Below, one piece after another: positions 13,801-25,653 of a stretch of DNA of 64,000 nt. This stretch comes from Azolla caroliniana (taxonomy: Eukaryota; Plantae; Polypodiophyta), in the NCBI GenBank assembly GCA_043228905.1, contig JBHGNT010000015.1, positions 3,100,001 through 3,164,000 on the forward strand, given 5' to 3'. A program made the translations under genes and the position numbers. Numbering within the stretch: position 1 is the stretch's first letter; every line of letters begins with the position of its first letter. The notes below the pieces were generated by a model. It was not told where the DNA came from. It searched no databases and saw only the letters and a list, made by a program, of their open reading frames with translations.

Positions 13801-14455
13801 TGACATGTTTTTGAATGGAGTAAAATATACAGGGTACTCAGCGTCTGCTTTCAGAGTCAGAGCTACTCACCTGGGCAAGTCGGCTTAAAGATGATATACC
13901 TTCCGAACTGAAGGTAACATTTGAAGAAAATATTCTAAAGTGAACCAATGTATGACACTTATTTGCTTCCTATTTGTGAGACAGGGGCCAATTTATTTCA
14001 TGTGGGGAACAGACTGGGAAGATCAGCCGATTATAAATGCAAAACGCTTGAGCGATAAATTGGCAGACATGGCCTTCAACTGGAAAATGTTCAGACAATG
14101 CTCAAATAAAGGACTTGACTCTTATTTTGGGAGCAAAGCTCAGATGAATAGCCATGTTGCAAGGCATGATGAACCCTTTTCCACATTCTCAGGCAAGAGA
14201 CAAGTAAGTACACGGGATGACAAGAGTGATTTGGTGCTGTTGAATGAGACCCATGTAGACAAGAGTGCAGAAAGTACATGGGATGACAAGAGTGATTTGA
14301 TGATGTTGAATGAGACCCATGTAGAAAAGAAGAGTGCAGAAGTAGTAGTTCCACTTCCAAAGAAGATGGACTTTGGCATTAGGAGTGCAAAAAAAGAAGG
14401 AAATAAACTAAAAACCATGCTACCTATCCATAAGTACTTCCAGAAGTCAAGCTAA
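6637..14455 (+). CDS. DUF72 (UPF0759/YecE-YunF-like TIM-barrel) domain protein, 11 exons, ~457 aa
   Basis: Exons 6637-6736, 7590-7688, 8025-8142, 10910(or 10907)-11017, 11110-11188, 11281-11364, 12163-12258, 12347-12409, 13689-13763, 13833-13913, 13985-14455. All introns are GT-AG, phases are compatible and there is no internal stop. Family motifs occur in order: MGTCGWSD..GRFYP..RLRHYSNYFPCVEVDTSTYAIP..W..VPKGFLFHFKAF..LWDIF..GNLGVIVFQF..AVEFRCRDWF..IAADE..YIRLHRR..ELLTWASRL..IYFMWGTD..NAKRL. Confidence 0.9.
6830..7440. repeat. (TATG)n tracts interleaved with three copies of a ~75-bp unit, in intron 1 of the DUF72 gene
   Basis: Unit tgcatgtatctcctctacattgtctgcattatcatc...caccatggcctca at ~7044, ~7150 and ~7365, separated by TATG runs. 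Confidence 0.85.
8887..9394. repeat. Direct tandem duplication, 254-bp period, in intron 3 of the DUF72 gene
   Basis: tataggctgaaaggaaaattgatttgg...atcatcgag at 8887-9140 and again at 9141-9394 with few substitutions. Confidence 0.92.
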
Positions 14456-16262
14456 TAGCAAGGTTTATGAAGCACTAGGTACAATTCTTGCCTAGATGAA
14501 CTCCCAAGTTTTGCGTCTTCTATATAGCTAAGATAATCATGATCGTGATTAATTAATCATTCTTACAAAAAACGTATCAAGCCGATGTCTTCTTTTTTGT
14601 AAGGCTATTGTTTCTCTTACACTCCACATCTCTCCAGCTTCTCTCAACTGCAATGGTTTATTTACTTTTGGCTTATCAGGATCCACTTGATTATAAATGC
14701 ACCTTTCCCAAATCTTTCTTGTTTGTCGCACAATGATATAACAAGGTCATAGTGATCTGCTTTCAAGTCTAATATCAATTGACTCAAAACCCCAATCCCC
14801 AAGTTATATTTTTGTTAATCACATACTTACATTCAGTCAAACCCCATCATTAGGCATCACCCATGTCTTACTTTTTTGTAAGGCTATTGTTTCTCTTACA
14901 CCCTACATCTCTCCATTTTGACTTATTAGTATATCGCCGTAATTGTAAATACCTCTTTCCCAAACCTTTATTGTTTGTACCATAATGATATAATAATTGA
15001 CTGAAAAACCCAATCTTGAAGTAATCCGTTCATTAATCTCATATTTATATTAGATCCAACCCCATTATTATGTAAATGTGTATTCCTTCATATATTGTAT
15101 GTGTTTAATAAATGGATGTAGCAAGGACATGTGTAGATTTCTCAGTCTTTGAATGTGAATCTGCTGTATACATCAAAGGAACATCTTTCTCATAAGGATG
15201 TTCAATGATTCAATATATAATGTCAATTATCAAGGTGAAGCCTAACTGAATTTTACATTTACAAATATAAAATTCATATGGAAGCATCAAAATACCCATC
15301 AAAATTCATATGGATGCACACAAAACCCGGGTGATTTAGGAACACATCAAAATATACTTGCATAAATTACATAACACTTCCTAGATGTGTAAGAAGAACG
15401 CTTAAGAAGTTGTAAGAGCGTATAAACAAGCAAACACTCATGTTAATTTAGTTAGTAATTTTTATCAAACCTGAATTGCCGTTAAAATTATAACTCTCTA
15501 GAAAAAACACCTTTAAAAATACATGAATTTACAATATTTTAAAACTTGGCACCCACTATTCAAGAGAAGCTTGGCTGTTAGTATAATGTTAAAAATCTGA
15601 GGTTAACATTTCTAAAACTTGAGCATTTGCTAAGGAACTTTCATTATGCAACTGACTATGAACACGGAAAGAATTTCATCCAATTAATATCCTCAGTAGA
15701 CAATTTTGTCACATATTTTGGAATTGGATTCGTGTAAATAGCATACCACTACTTCAAATATCTGCATGCTATACAAACCAGTATATTCGATAAGTGTTAA
15801 TGGATATATACTCAAGAAGTGTACAAGGATAATTCACTTGCACAAATACAGTCAATAACTCGATTGATTGCATGAATGATGCATCCCACAAAGTTCTTTT
15901 AGATCCACAATGTGTTATTGATTAAGGTTTAAGAAATGCCATAAAGTTCTGCTCACGTCAATCTTTTCTGCAATAGATCCACACTTGACCACTGTTGCCA
16001 CATATAGAAAATTCCAGCTGGATGTCGCAATGACATACTAAACAATTGTACATAGTTAATTTACTCAGACGCAAGAACTCAACAAAAATTTGACACAATA
16101 GAACCTCCTTGCAAAGCACATAAAAGATTGAAGTACACTAATCAAAACCATACATATCAAAACTTTAGACGCAATTGTCAAGCATCTACAATGAAATCAA
16201 ATTGCATGATATCATCTCTATGAGCATAAGCCCGGTTTGAAATTGTTTTTAAAAGAACCTGC

Positions 16263-18339
16263 TCAGGCAGCTGGAACTGCAATGCGTCCTGCAACCTGAT
16301 CCAAATCTCTCTGTCCATTGGAAGTGATTTTTCTTCCCCTGCAGATATTGAAAATATGAAAATAAGCACAAAAAATAGACACAATTTAATAACACTACAA
16401 ATGTATACACCACTAGCAGTATTTACCCTTTAGGATCCTTCTCAATGATGTCAATCTTCTCGAGTTGCTTTAACACATCACGTGCGATGGAACCACTACT
16501 CTTTCCAAAGTGTGATGGCCTGCTACCATTGCTTTTCCTTCCTCCATAAATCTTTCTGAAGGCTCCTACTCCAATACCACCACGCAGATAGATCTTCCTT
16601 GCCATCGATGCTGCAAATTATTTTACAGTCAAAACGAGAGAGATCCTTGCAGAGTTAAGGCTGAATACAACCCTTTGGTATTATAAACTAGTCATCTTTA
16701 TTTTATCATTTACTCATTTAAGATGAGTATGACCACATAGTACTACTGTACACACCTGTCCTTATGTAATACCAATCTGGATCATATGGAGCTAGCTCCT
16801 TGAATGTTGCAGTCTTAACAATATCAACCCATGACGGAACTTCGATCTGAAAATCAATATGAAGATCAGATTGAAACAGTTCCAACTCAAAGAAATGCTC
16901 TACAAAAGAGTTTCAACAGTTTCAACAGATAGTCTCAAAAGACATACTAATACATGTGTTCCAAGTGAATAAAGACTGCAATTAACAGAAGTTATACTTT
17001 GAACATATTACCCACAAGTAAAATATACAATGTTTGAGCTCAGTAGCTGCAATTAGCTTCCATTCATCAGTCTAGAGCCCCTATAAATCTTTTCATGTGC
17101 ATGAATAGGAAAATGCAGCAAGAAAATACTAAAATTGAAAGAAGATGCCTACAGGACTATCACATATATCATGGCTAAAGTCATTCTGCAAAGAGAATCC
17201 AAATGAATGCCTACTGCTTCTTCAGGGATACTCTGCCTCCACACATTCCTTAAATAGATGGTTCGCACAGCAGCAAATTTCAACTGCTTGCAATATCTTA
17301 TTAGAAAATAACTGCTGTAAGTGTGGCTAAGTCAGAACTGTGTTTAAATCAGAAATTACAGGAATCACTTTAACATTAGAATATACAGCCTGTGCAAACG
17401 TGAAAAACATAGACGTATAAATCCATGAAAATATTTTACTTGAAAACGCGGAAGAAGTCCTGGAGGTCAAAACAGCACACAGAGCCCAGTGAATAGCTGA
17501 TGTATCACACATTAACCGAGCAAAATCATCGCGACTGAAGCAAAAAAACCTAAATCTGTATCAAAGAAGCGTAAACCAGAAACAACGATTTGCAATCAAA
17601 ACAGAACGTCTCAGGGAATTTCTAGAATAAAGCCTGAAAGGTTAATCGAGTGAATCAGGAATTGTTCTTGAAGAAAGAATCAAAACTCTTACGAATCCTG
17701 AGAATGCATCACTAACAGACGCTATGCTGGTCAGAAGAAGCATGATCATTTTCAATGACACAATCTCCATGATTGGTGCCAGCAAACAGATAATGACTAG
17801 AAATATATAAGTGCGGGATGACCGAAAACAAATCGTGCGAAGCATACTAGGGATTAACCGGAGAAGCACTCCAAGCAGCCGAGTCAATGTATTACATGCA
17901 CGATGAGCATTATGATTTCGAAAACTAATGGTTACACAAGTATGTAGTATGACATGTCAACACGATCAAATAAACCCTAGAAAATACCCGAGGAGAAGAA
18001 TGATTCGGAAAAAAAAGACAAAGCTGGTGATGTTCGAAGATACCGTCTCTGCGGTCAATACAAGCACGAATAGCCGACAAACCTAGGAATAATGCTTGAA
18101 CTCTAGCGATTCCTGAGAATGTGAATTTGAAAACAAACAAGAACGCTAAAGATTTCTGAATAGGTACAGCCTGCGTGGTCAATCGAGAACAGCATATAAA
18201 CCTACATAAAAAAAAACAAATCTCTCTCGAGAGGATCAACGAATCAAAAGCCGACCTTGCCAGATCGTTTGAGATGAGCTGCATAAGCACGAACAAACTC
18301 GTGGGAGGAGACGTCCTTCACTGTCTTAGCAGTCGCCAT
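16263..18339 (-). CDS. RPS19: 40S ribosomal protein S19 (eS19), 4 coding exons, 144 aa
   Basis: Exons 18339-18256 ([28 protein letters not shown]), 16846-16756 ([30 protein letters not shown]), 16610-16427 ([18 protein letters not shown]...EKDPKG), 16338-16263 ([24 protein letters not shown]). GT-AG introns with matching phases. Confidence 0.97.
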
Positions 18340-18463
18340 GGCCGGGTAGCTCGCTGGGCAGGCAGGATCGATTGCGCGTGCACCCTAATTCTTCGCAAGG
18401 AGAGGATCAGAGAAAGAGATGGGAGCAGAGAGGAAGCCCCGCAGAGGAGAAGGAAAATCTCAG

Positions 18464-18472
18464 AAACCCTAA
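18464..18472. promoter_or_regulatory. Telo-box (AAACCCTAA) upstream of RPS19
   Basis: Exact motif ~125 bp upstream of the ATG; a second AAACCCTA lies at 17972-17979 in intron 1. Telo-boxes are typical of plant ribosomal protein genes. Confidence 0.7.
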
Positions 18473-18927
18473 TTCTTCAGTTCACATGGTTTCACATTAG
18501 GGCGGACAAAACGCACCTCCCCCGTCCAAAATGCCCACGCCCATCCATCTCAGAAAGGGAAGAAGTCATCGTCGAAGTCAGAGTCTCGTATCGTGTCCTT
18601 CCTGTTGGAGTTTGGACATACATATTGTTCTCTCGGATTCTGACCGTCGAGTCCTCTGAATGACGTAGCTGGATCACGGACGATCGAACTTTCTAACTCT
18701 TTCTCTGAGTTCCGCCACTACGAAGGGCTATAATCCATGGACTCAAGCTAGCTAGTTGCCTCGTCGTCGAGAGTGTCACATTTCGAGGTATCTTGTTGTG
18801 TATGACCACTTTCGAGCTTGCCTTCCACACATTTGAACCTCAAGAGTTACTATTGAATTCCACGCATGCTACGTAATAGTGTTTCACTTTTGGTCCCGTA
18901 GATCATATTTGACATCTAAGGACAATA

Positions 18928-18985
<58 letters not shown>

Positions 18986-19802
18986 AACAATGAGATCTAT
19001 GATATGATCTACGAATATCAATTTTGTAATCAACTAAAGCTAATAGGTTTTAGAGGTATACTTCTCATAGGGTTTGATCCTACAATGGCAAACACTCATA
19101 AGGCGGCCACAAAGTCTTAGAGTATGTTGGATAATGAGCCAAAGTCACCAATGGTTCTTGATATTAATGCAACAAATTCAGCCATAATGGAGAATATTCT
19201 TATGAGTTACTTGATTTCTCTTCAAGAAACCATAAACAAGCAAGTGAAGAGATTAGGACACTAATGAACAAGAATACTAAGTTACAATTTGTTGTTATCG
19301 AGAATAACGGTCTTAAGAAAATGGTTGCAAAACTTGGAAATTGTTACGCCTCAACAATTTTTAATTGAAAGAAGCATTAAAAGATGAAAAAATGGACACA
19401 ATGAGGCGAGATGTAAGTGAAATGAAAAATCAACGCACAACAAAGTCATGGGTCAATGTATGTGATTAGGCCTTTCTTGGGAACAAGCAACACCATGTTT
19501 CCCAACTCGACATGCCTCATATACATTCACATCCAACATACCATAATGCATGCTAAGGATTTCATTGATGACCTTTTTCAAGGGATGCAAGTGTTTCCAT
19601 GCACACCTCTTTAATTCCTCGATGATAATGTTCTTTGATCATCGTTCAAGTTCATTCAATTATGGAACATCTATGCTTTCTACATTATTCTCTTGATTTA
19701 TCATATGCATAATAAACAAGTTTAATACCACATCCCCGTATTCAATGGTCCCTCATTGTTGGGGAGAAGCAAAGCTAGTTGAAGAGGGGTCGAAGCATTA
19801 AT

Positions 19803-20065
19803 CTACCCAAAGGGCATGACTAAACATACATAATGGTCATAACCATGCAAAATATCCTCCTCAACAAATATTGTTTCATGATAACTAAATTTGAGATCAA
19901 ATTTGGTAAAATATCGAGCAATGTGCAAACAATCAATTAAATCATCAACACATGGTAGTGGATATGATTTTTTTATAGTTACTTTATTCAAACGACGAAA
20001 AATTAACACACATTCACCATGTTCCTTTTTTTTTCCAAAAAAGAATATAGTCTGTTGGTTGAATA
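19803..20065 (-). pseudogene. Degraded Ty3/gypsy (chromovirus-like) RT fragment
   Basis: KKKGTW*MCV / FRRLNKVTIKKSYPLPCVDDLIDCL..YFTKFDL..VMPFG, with frameshifts and stops. Confidence 0.75.
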
Positions 20066-20884
20066 TGTCCTTTTGTACATAGTCCCCTTATCGGGTAGTC
20101 CTTGCATAAATTATCCTATCATTCTTAGCTACTATATACCCTATATTGGTTGTACAAAAGTGTGAGGAATAGCGCAGAATACTGCTTGGCCAAAACTGAG
20201 TCTTAGGTCACTTCGTTTAAGGATCAAACACAGAAATGGGAATAGAGATGAATACTTGTACACCAAAAGAAAGTACACATGATGTTTACGTGGAAAACCC
20301 TAATAGGGAAAAACCACGGGAGCCCACAGACTCCAAACTATCACTATCTGAGAAAGGTACAATCAGAGACTCGGAGGCAACGACCTCGAGCTTTGTTTCT
20401 TCGCCAAGCGGCGGTTACAACAGAGTATCGCTTTGTATCTCCTCTCTCTCTCTATCGCTCTCTGTACAACAGTTACAACAATATGAACAACCATGCTCAC
20501 ACAATAACAAAATGACTGCCCTAAGTCATATTTATACTTATATGAACTTAGGGGCTATTTACAAATATAGCCTCAATAGGCTTACTCAAAACATATTTAC
20601 AAATATGTCTTCTCTTCTGGTTCTCACCGTGTCCTCTTCATTCATCATTGGATCCCATTTGGAGGGACCGATTTCCCAACAATCTCCCCCTTCACTCTGG
20701 CATGGGATGTCTCGTCAACTTGATCCGCTTTCGGCACACGTCCAGCTTGTCTGTCGTCAACACCTTGGTCAACATATCCAACACATTCTCCTCCGTGTGG
20801 ATCTTCGTCAGCATGAACTCTTGAGCTTCTACTCTCTCCCGGATCCAGTGGTACCTTCGTTGGATATGTTTCGTCCGGGAATGG

Positions 20885-23744
20885 CAGAACCGGAGAAGCC
20901 GATGGAGGTGCGGACTACGCACTTAGAAGACGCGGCCCTAGAAGACGAGTTGGCGGAAAGCCACTACGCGAAGCCGCATTGGACCAGGGCAACTACGGAA
21001 ACCTCTGTGCGGATCGACGATGTTCCGGAACCGGTGGTGACCTTGGTAGACCATGGATCCAAAATCAACCTGATGTCCATGGATTTGTACAAGAGGGGTA
21101 AATGGCCGATCAACACCAAGCATGGGTGGAAGATACGCGCGACGACGCATGCTACAGAGGAGCTGCATGGTGCGTGCCCGAATATACGCGTAAAGGTCGG
21201 TGACGTCGAGATAGATCAACATTTCTTCGTGCAGGAAACATCCTCGCACCTGGTGATTCTCGGCGAACCATACATTACGGCGGCATGCATGGAGACGAAG
21301 GTGCTGGACAACGGTTCGGCGTACGCGCGCGTCAAGAGCCAGGACGGTCGCCATTCCGTCCAATTCATGACCGTACATCCGAACCATGAGAGGAATCGCG
21401 AGACCCTCAACGGTGACAACCGAGGGGATTTTTAGAGAGGGCTATCAAGGCGTGGGGCCGCGGTAGTCCGGACGTACCGGAAGAACCCCACACATGTACA
21501 GTAGGTAGGAAGTTTTGGTTCTCCGGAAACGGAGGTTGTACTATAACCGGCATCAGTGGCTGGGAGAGGAAGCTTGCGGAGGAGTGGCTCAGGGGATGCA
21601 GAGTCCTCTTCCCCGACGAAGGGATCAATGGCGCCGTGGAGGTGGTCTCTTTTGATGACACCTTGGGCGAGTTGCGAAAGGTGATCGGTGAAGACCTTAG
21701 AGAAGACCGGACCGTTCCGATTGGTTCGATGGGAATGTACGAAGTCATCGCGGACTTCGGGGAAAGGATCGGGTCGGATTGGACGGCTCGAGTGGATACA
21801 AAGTACAAGACTGTGGACCGGAAGGTGAGGCTAGTCGCGGCACCCTTGCTGGAGGGTAGCGAGGAGCGGATAAAGGGGGTCGCGTCAGACCCAAGTTTAC
21901 GGAATCCGGTTGGCATAGGGCACTAGTTCACCGACATAACGCTACGGGAGCTCAAGGTCGGTGGGGGTGGCTTCCTACTGCCGGGGGAGGAGGATAGGTT
22001 TCGGAGAATGCTCAGAAGGCATGGAAAAGCCTTCGCTTTTTGGCCGGAGGAGATCGGGTGCGTGGACCCGACGATCGTCGAACCGATGGTGATCTTCACG
22101 GTACCGCATGTACCGTGGAATCTCAAACCGATTCTGGTACCGAGAGCTCACATCCCGAAGTTGATGGAGCTTCTGAAGCAAAAGGTGGAGATGGGCATCC
22201 TCGAACCGTCGAGTGCCACGTATTCGAATCAGTGGTTTACGGTGCCGAAGAAGAACGGCAAGCTGCGCTTCACTCAGGACCTGCAACCGGTCAACAGGGT
22301 GATCATCCATAATGCAGGAATCAGACCGACCATAGACGAGTTCGCGGAGGCCTTCGCTGGAAGGTTGATCTATTTGGTCGGTGACTTATACTCGGGGTAC
22401 GACTAGTTCCAACTAGCCGTGGAGAGCAGGGATATCACGACGATGCGAACCCCTCTCGGCCTAGTACGGATGTGCACCCTACCGCAAGGCGGGACGAACT
22501 TGGTGGCGCATATGGTGAACGCAATGAACAAGGTGCTGAGGGACTGCATCCCGGACATCACCATGCCATTCTTGGACAACATCTCGATAAAAGGGTGTCC
22601 GGTGGATGATGCAGATGAGACTGTCGGGCCAGACGGATGCCGGAGGTTCATCGTGAACCACATCAACGACTGCGAGAAGGTGCTGAAGAGGCTCGAAAAT
22701 GCACGACTCACCTTCTCCGGAGAGAAATCGGCATTCGGGCAGTCAGAGATCTTGGTGGTCGGACACCTGTGCGGGCCTTACGGTAGGAAACCGTCTCCGG
22801 CAAAGGTAGAAGCCATCTCCGCGATGAGGAACGATTGCGGGTCGGTCACGGAGGTCCGCAGATTCTTGGGAGTATGCGCGTTCTACCACATCTGGATCCC
22901 GCACTACGCACATGTCGCGGAACCCCTCTACGGACTATTAAAAAAGGGGCGTAGCTTTGAGTGGAGGACGGAGCACACGGAGTCAGTCTAGAGACTAAAA
23001 GTGGCGCTTACGGCAGTGCCAACTCTTTGTAAAGCGATTTACGGTAAGGGGGTCCCCATCTACGTAACGGTGGACACGAGCCCGACCGGGATCGGGTGGG
23101 TGATCAACCAGGAGGACGAGGATGGCGCACGGTTCCCGATCCGGTTCGGGGTGAAGGTATTGTGCGAGCGACAACGAGGATACGCCCAAGTCAAGTGCGA
23201 ACTGTGGGGTATCGTTTCGGCAGTCAAGGCCGACAAGGACTACCTGATCGGGATGGAGGTAACAATCGAGACGGACTGCCTGCCGATACTCGGCATGGTT
23301 TCCGGATGCGCGATGTCATACCTAGCAATGCTCCGGTGGATAGCGTACATCAAGTCCTTGAACCCGGAGATATGGCACATCTTCGGAAAGGATAACGCCA
23401 TGGCTGACATGCTTTCGAGAGCAAGGTTCAATGACGAAGAGGGCGTGGTTTCGGATGACGAAGAAGTCGGCGAGGACTTCTTCAGGTCGGCTAATGTGAC
23501 GACGAGGAAAGGGGACTCTCCGATGCTTAACGAATTTGACGAAAGCAGGTACGACGGGGAGTGGCTCCAAATCGGGAGGTTCCAACGGGCAATGACGCCG
23601 GACGTAGCGTGGACGAGAGAAGAGGTGAGTCGGGTACGGAAGAAGGCGTACCGATTCTTCCTACGGGATGGGTGCATATGGAGGCACCCAAAGAAGAAAA
23701 ACGACATCCCGCTCCGAGTAGTGGCAAAGAAAGAAGAACAGGGG
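20885..23744 (+). mobile_element. LTR-less Ty3/gypsy pol fragment (protease-RT-RNase H), GC-rich, inserted antisense inside Copia A
   Basis: Protease LVDHGSKINLM..VILGEPY; RT KKNGKLRFTQDLQPVN..DLYSGYD..LPQGGTN..PFLDN; RNase H VTVDTSPTGIG..ETDCLP..NAMADMLSR. Several premature stops. Confidence 0.88.
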
Positions 23745-25653
23745 TGACTGCCTTTGCCTTCAACATGTTGAACTGTTGAAGCACCTTTGTCACGTACTTC
23801 TCCTGTGACAACCACAATAGCTTCTTCAACCGGTCCCGGATGATGTGCATTCCCAATATCTGACTTCTCCGACTCCCAGTCAGCAATGGTCCTGTCTTCC
23901 ATGAAGACTATGTCCCGACTTCGGAACACCTTCTTGTCGACCAGATCCCACACCCGGTAACTGAACTCATCATCGCCGTATCCAAGGAATATGCATGGCC
24001 TAGACTTCGGATCCAGCTTTGCTCTCTTATCCTTTGCAACATGCACATATGTGAGACACCCGAACACCTTAGATGCCGATAAGACACGTCCTTACTGGTC
24101 CATACTCTTTGCGATGTGACTCCATCCAAGGGCACTGAGGGTGGTCTGTTTTTCACATAGGTCGTCGTCGTCATCGTCTCAACCGAAAACGTCTTGGGTA
24201 ACTTGGCATGTGCCAACATGCTCCAGACTCTCTCCATCACAATCCGGTTCATCCTTTCGGCTAGTCCGTTTAGTTCCGGTGTCTTCGACACGGTAAACTC
24301 GAGCTGGATTCCCTTCGACCGACAATACTCCTCGAACTGCCCCTGGTATTCTCCTTCGTTATTTGCTCGAACCGTCTTCAGCTTCCGACCGGTTTCTCTT
24401 TCCACTCTCGCGTGGAGCTCCTTGAAGACAGATGGCACATGATCCTTCATCTCCAATGGTGAAACCCACAGCTTCCGGTTGTGGTCATCTATGAAAGTCA
24501 CGAAGTACTGCAATCCGGCATGTGACTTCGTGTCCACTTGACACACATCGGTATGCACCAGTTCCAGTGGTGCACTCCGTCTCATCGATGGTCTTGACCG
24601 GAAGGTGGTTCGGTTTTGCTTGCGGGCAAGACAATCGGTGCACTTCTCAAGTTGCACTTCCTTCACCGGAATGAGATTGTCTTCGACAAGTCTCTTCATC
24701 CCCTTCTCACTCATGTGACACAGTCTTTTGTGCCACAGCTCACCGGTAGTGTCGAATGCTATGTTCACTTCTTCCCAGCTCCGGGCATGCATCAAGTACA
24801 ATGTGTTGACCTTCCGGGCTCAAGCCACTATTAGACTCCCTTTGCAGAACTTCATAACTCCATTCCGGATGCTACCCGTGTAGCCTTCATCATCTAGCTG
24901 ACTGACTAATATCAAGTTCAGTCGAACCTCCGGAACGTGTCAAACATCCTTCAACAACAACTTGCATCCGGTTGATGTCGTCAACAACACATCTCCTATG
25001 CCGATAATTCGACATGTACCTTCATTTCCCATGCGGACACAACCATGATCACTGGTTGTGTAGGTTGAGAAGCATTTTCGATCCAGTGTTAGGTGGAATG
25101 ACGCTCCGGAATCGACAACCCACATTGTCTCGTCGCCGACAAGGTTTAACTCATTCTCTTTAGTAATGATTATCGGTTCTTCTTCACTTGTCGCGATTGT
25201 CAACGTTCCCTTTCGATCCGGGCCTCTCCGGTCTGAACCGTTTCGGTCCGAACTCTTCTTCGAATCGATAGTGCCAGTTTCTTTCTCTTTCTGGAAATGC
25301 CGACAGTTCTTCTGGAAGTTTCCCGGCTTCCCGCAATAGAAGCACGTGGGTCTCCTCCTTGACTTCTACCTCGTCCCCGATTTGTCCCGGTTTTGGGGAC
25401 TCTGATACCGGCCTCTTCCCCGGTTGTGGTCATCTTCCATGACCAAGGCCTTCGGATTGGTTCCGGACTCCCGGTCCTTACGACGAGCTTCTTCATCTAG
25501 CAAGCTTGATTTTACCCTTGCTAGGGACAACTGTTTCCCTTCCGGCTCGGCGTTGCCCAACGTGACAACTAACGTCTCCCACGTACCCAGGAGGGAACCG
25601 AGTAGGAGCAATGCGAGTACCTCATCGGCGAGAGGTACTTCCAACGAGGTTGT

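Noticed and set aside
16847-18255. Intronic C/D snoRNAs in RPS19 intron 1 (CTGA/TGATGA-like words near 17040-17095 and 17655-17712)
   Set aside because: C boxes are imperfect and I found no convincing rRNA complementarity of 10 nt or more by eye. An Infernal/Rfam or snoscan search would decide.
20236-21435. 399-aa ORF as a real gene
   Set aside because: It is a chance read-through from the antisense strand of A's LTR and RNase H end into the Gypsy protease frame. Only the part after ~20885 has protein homology.
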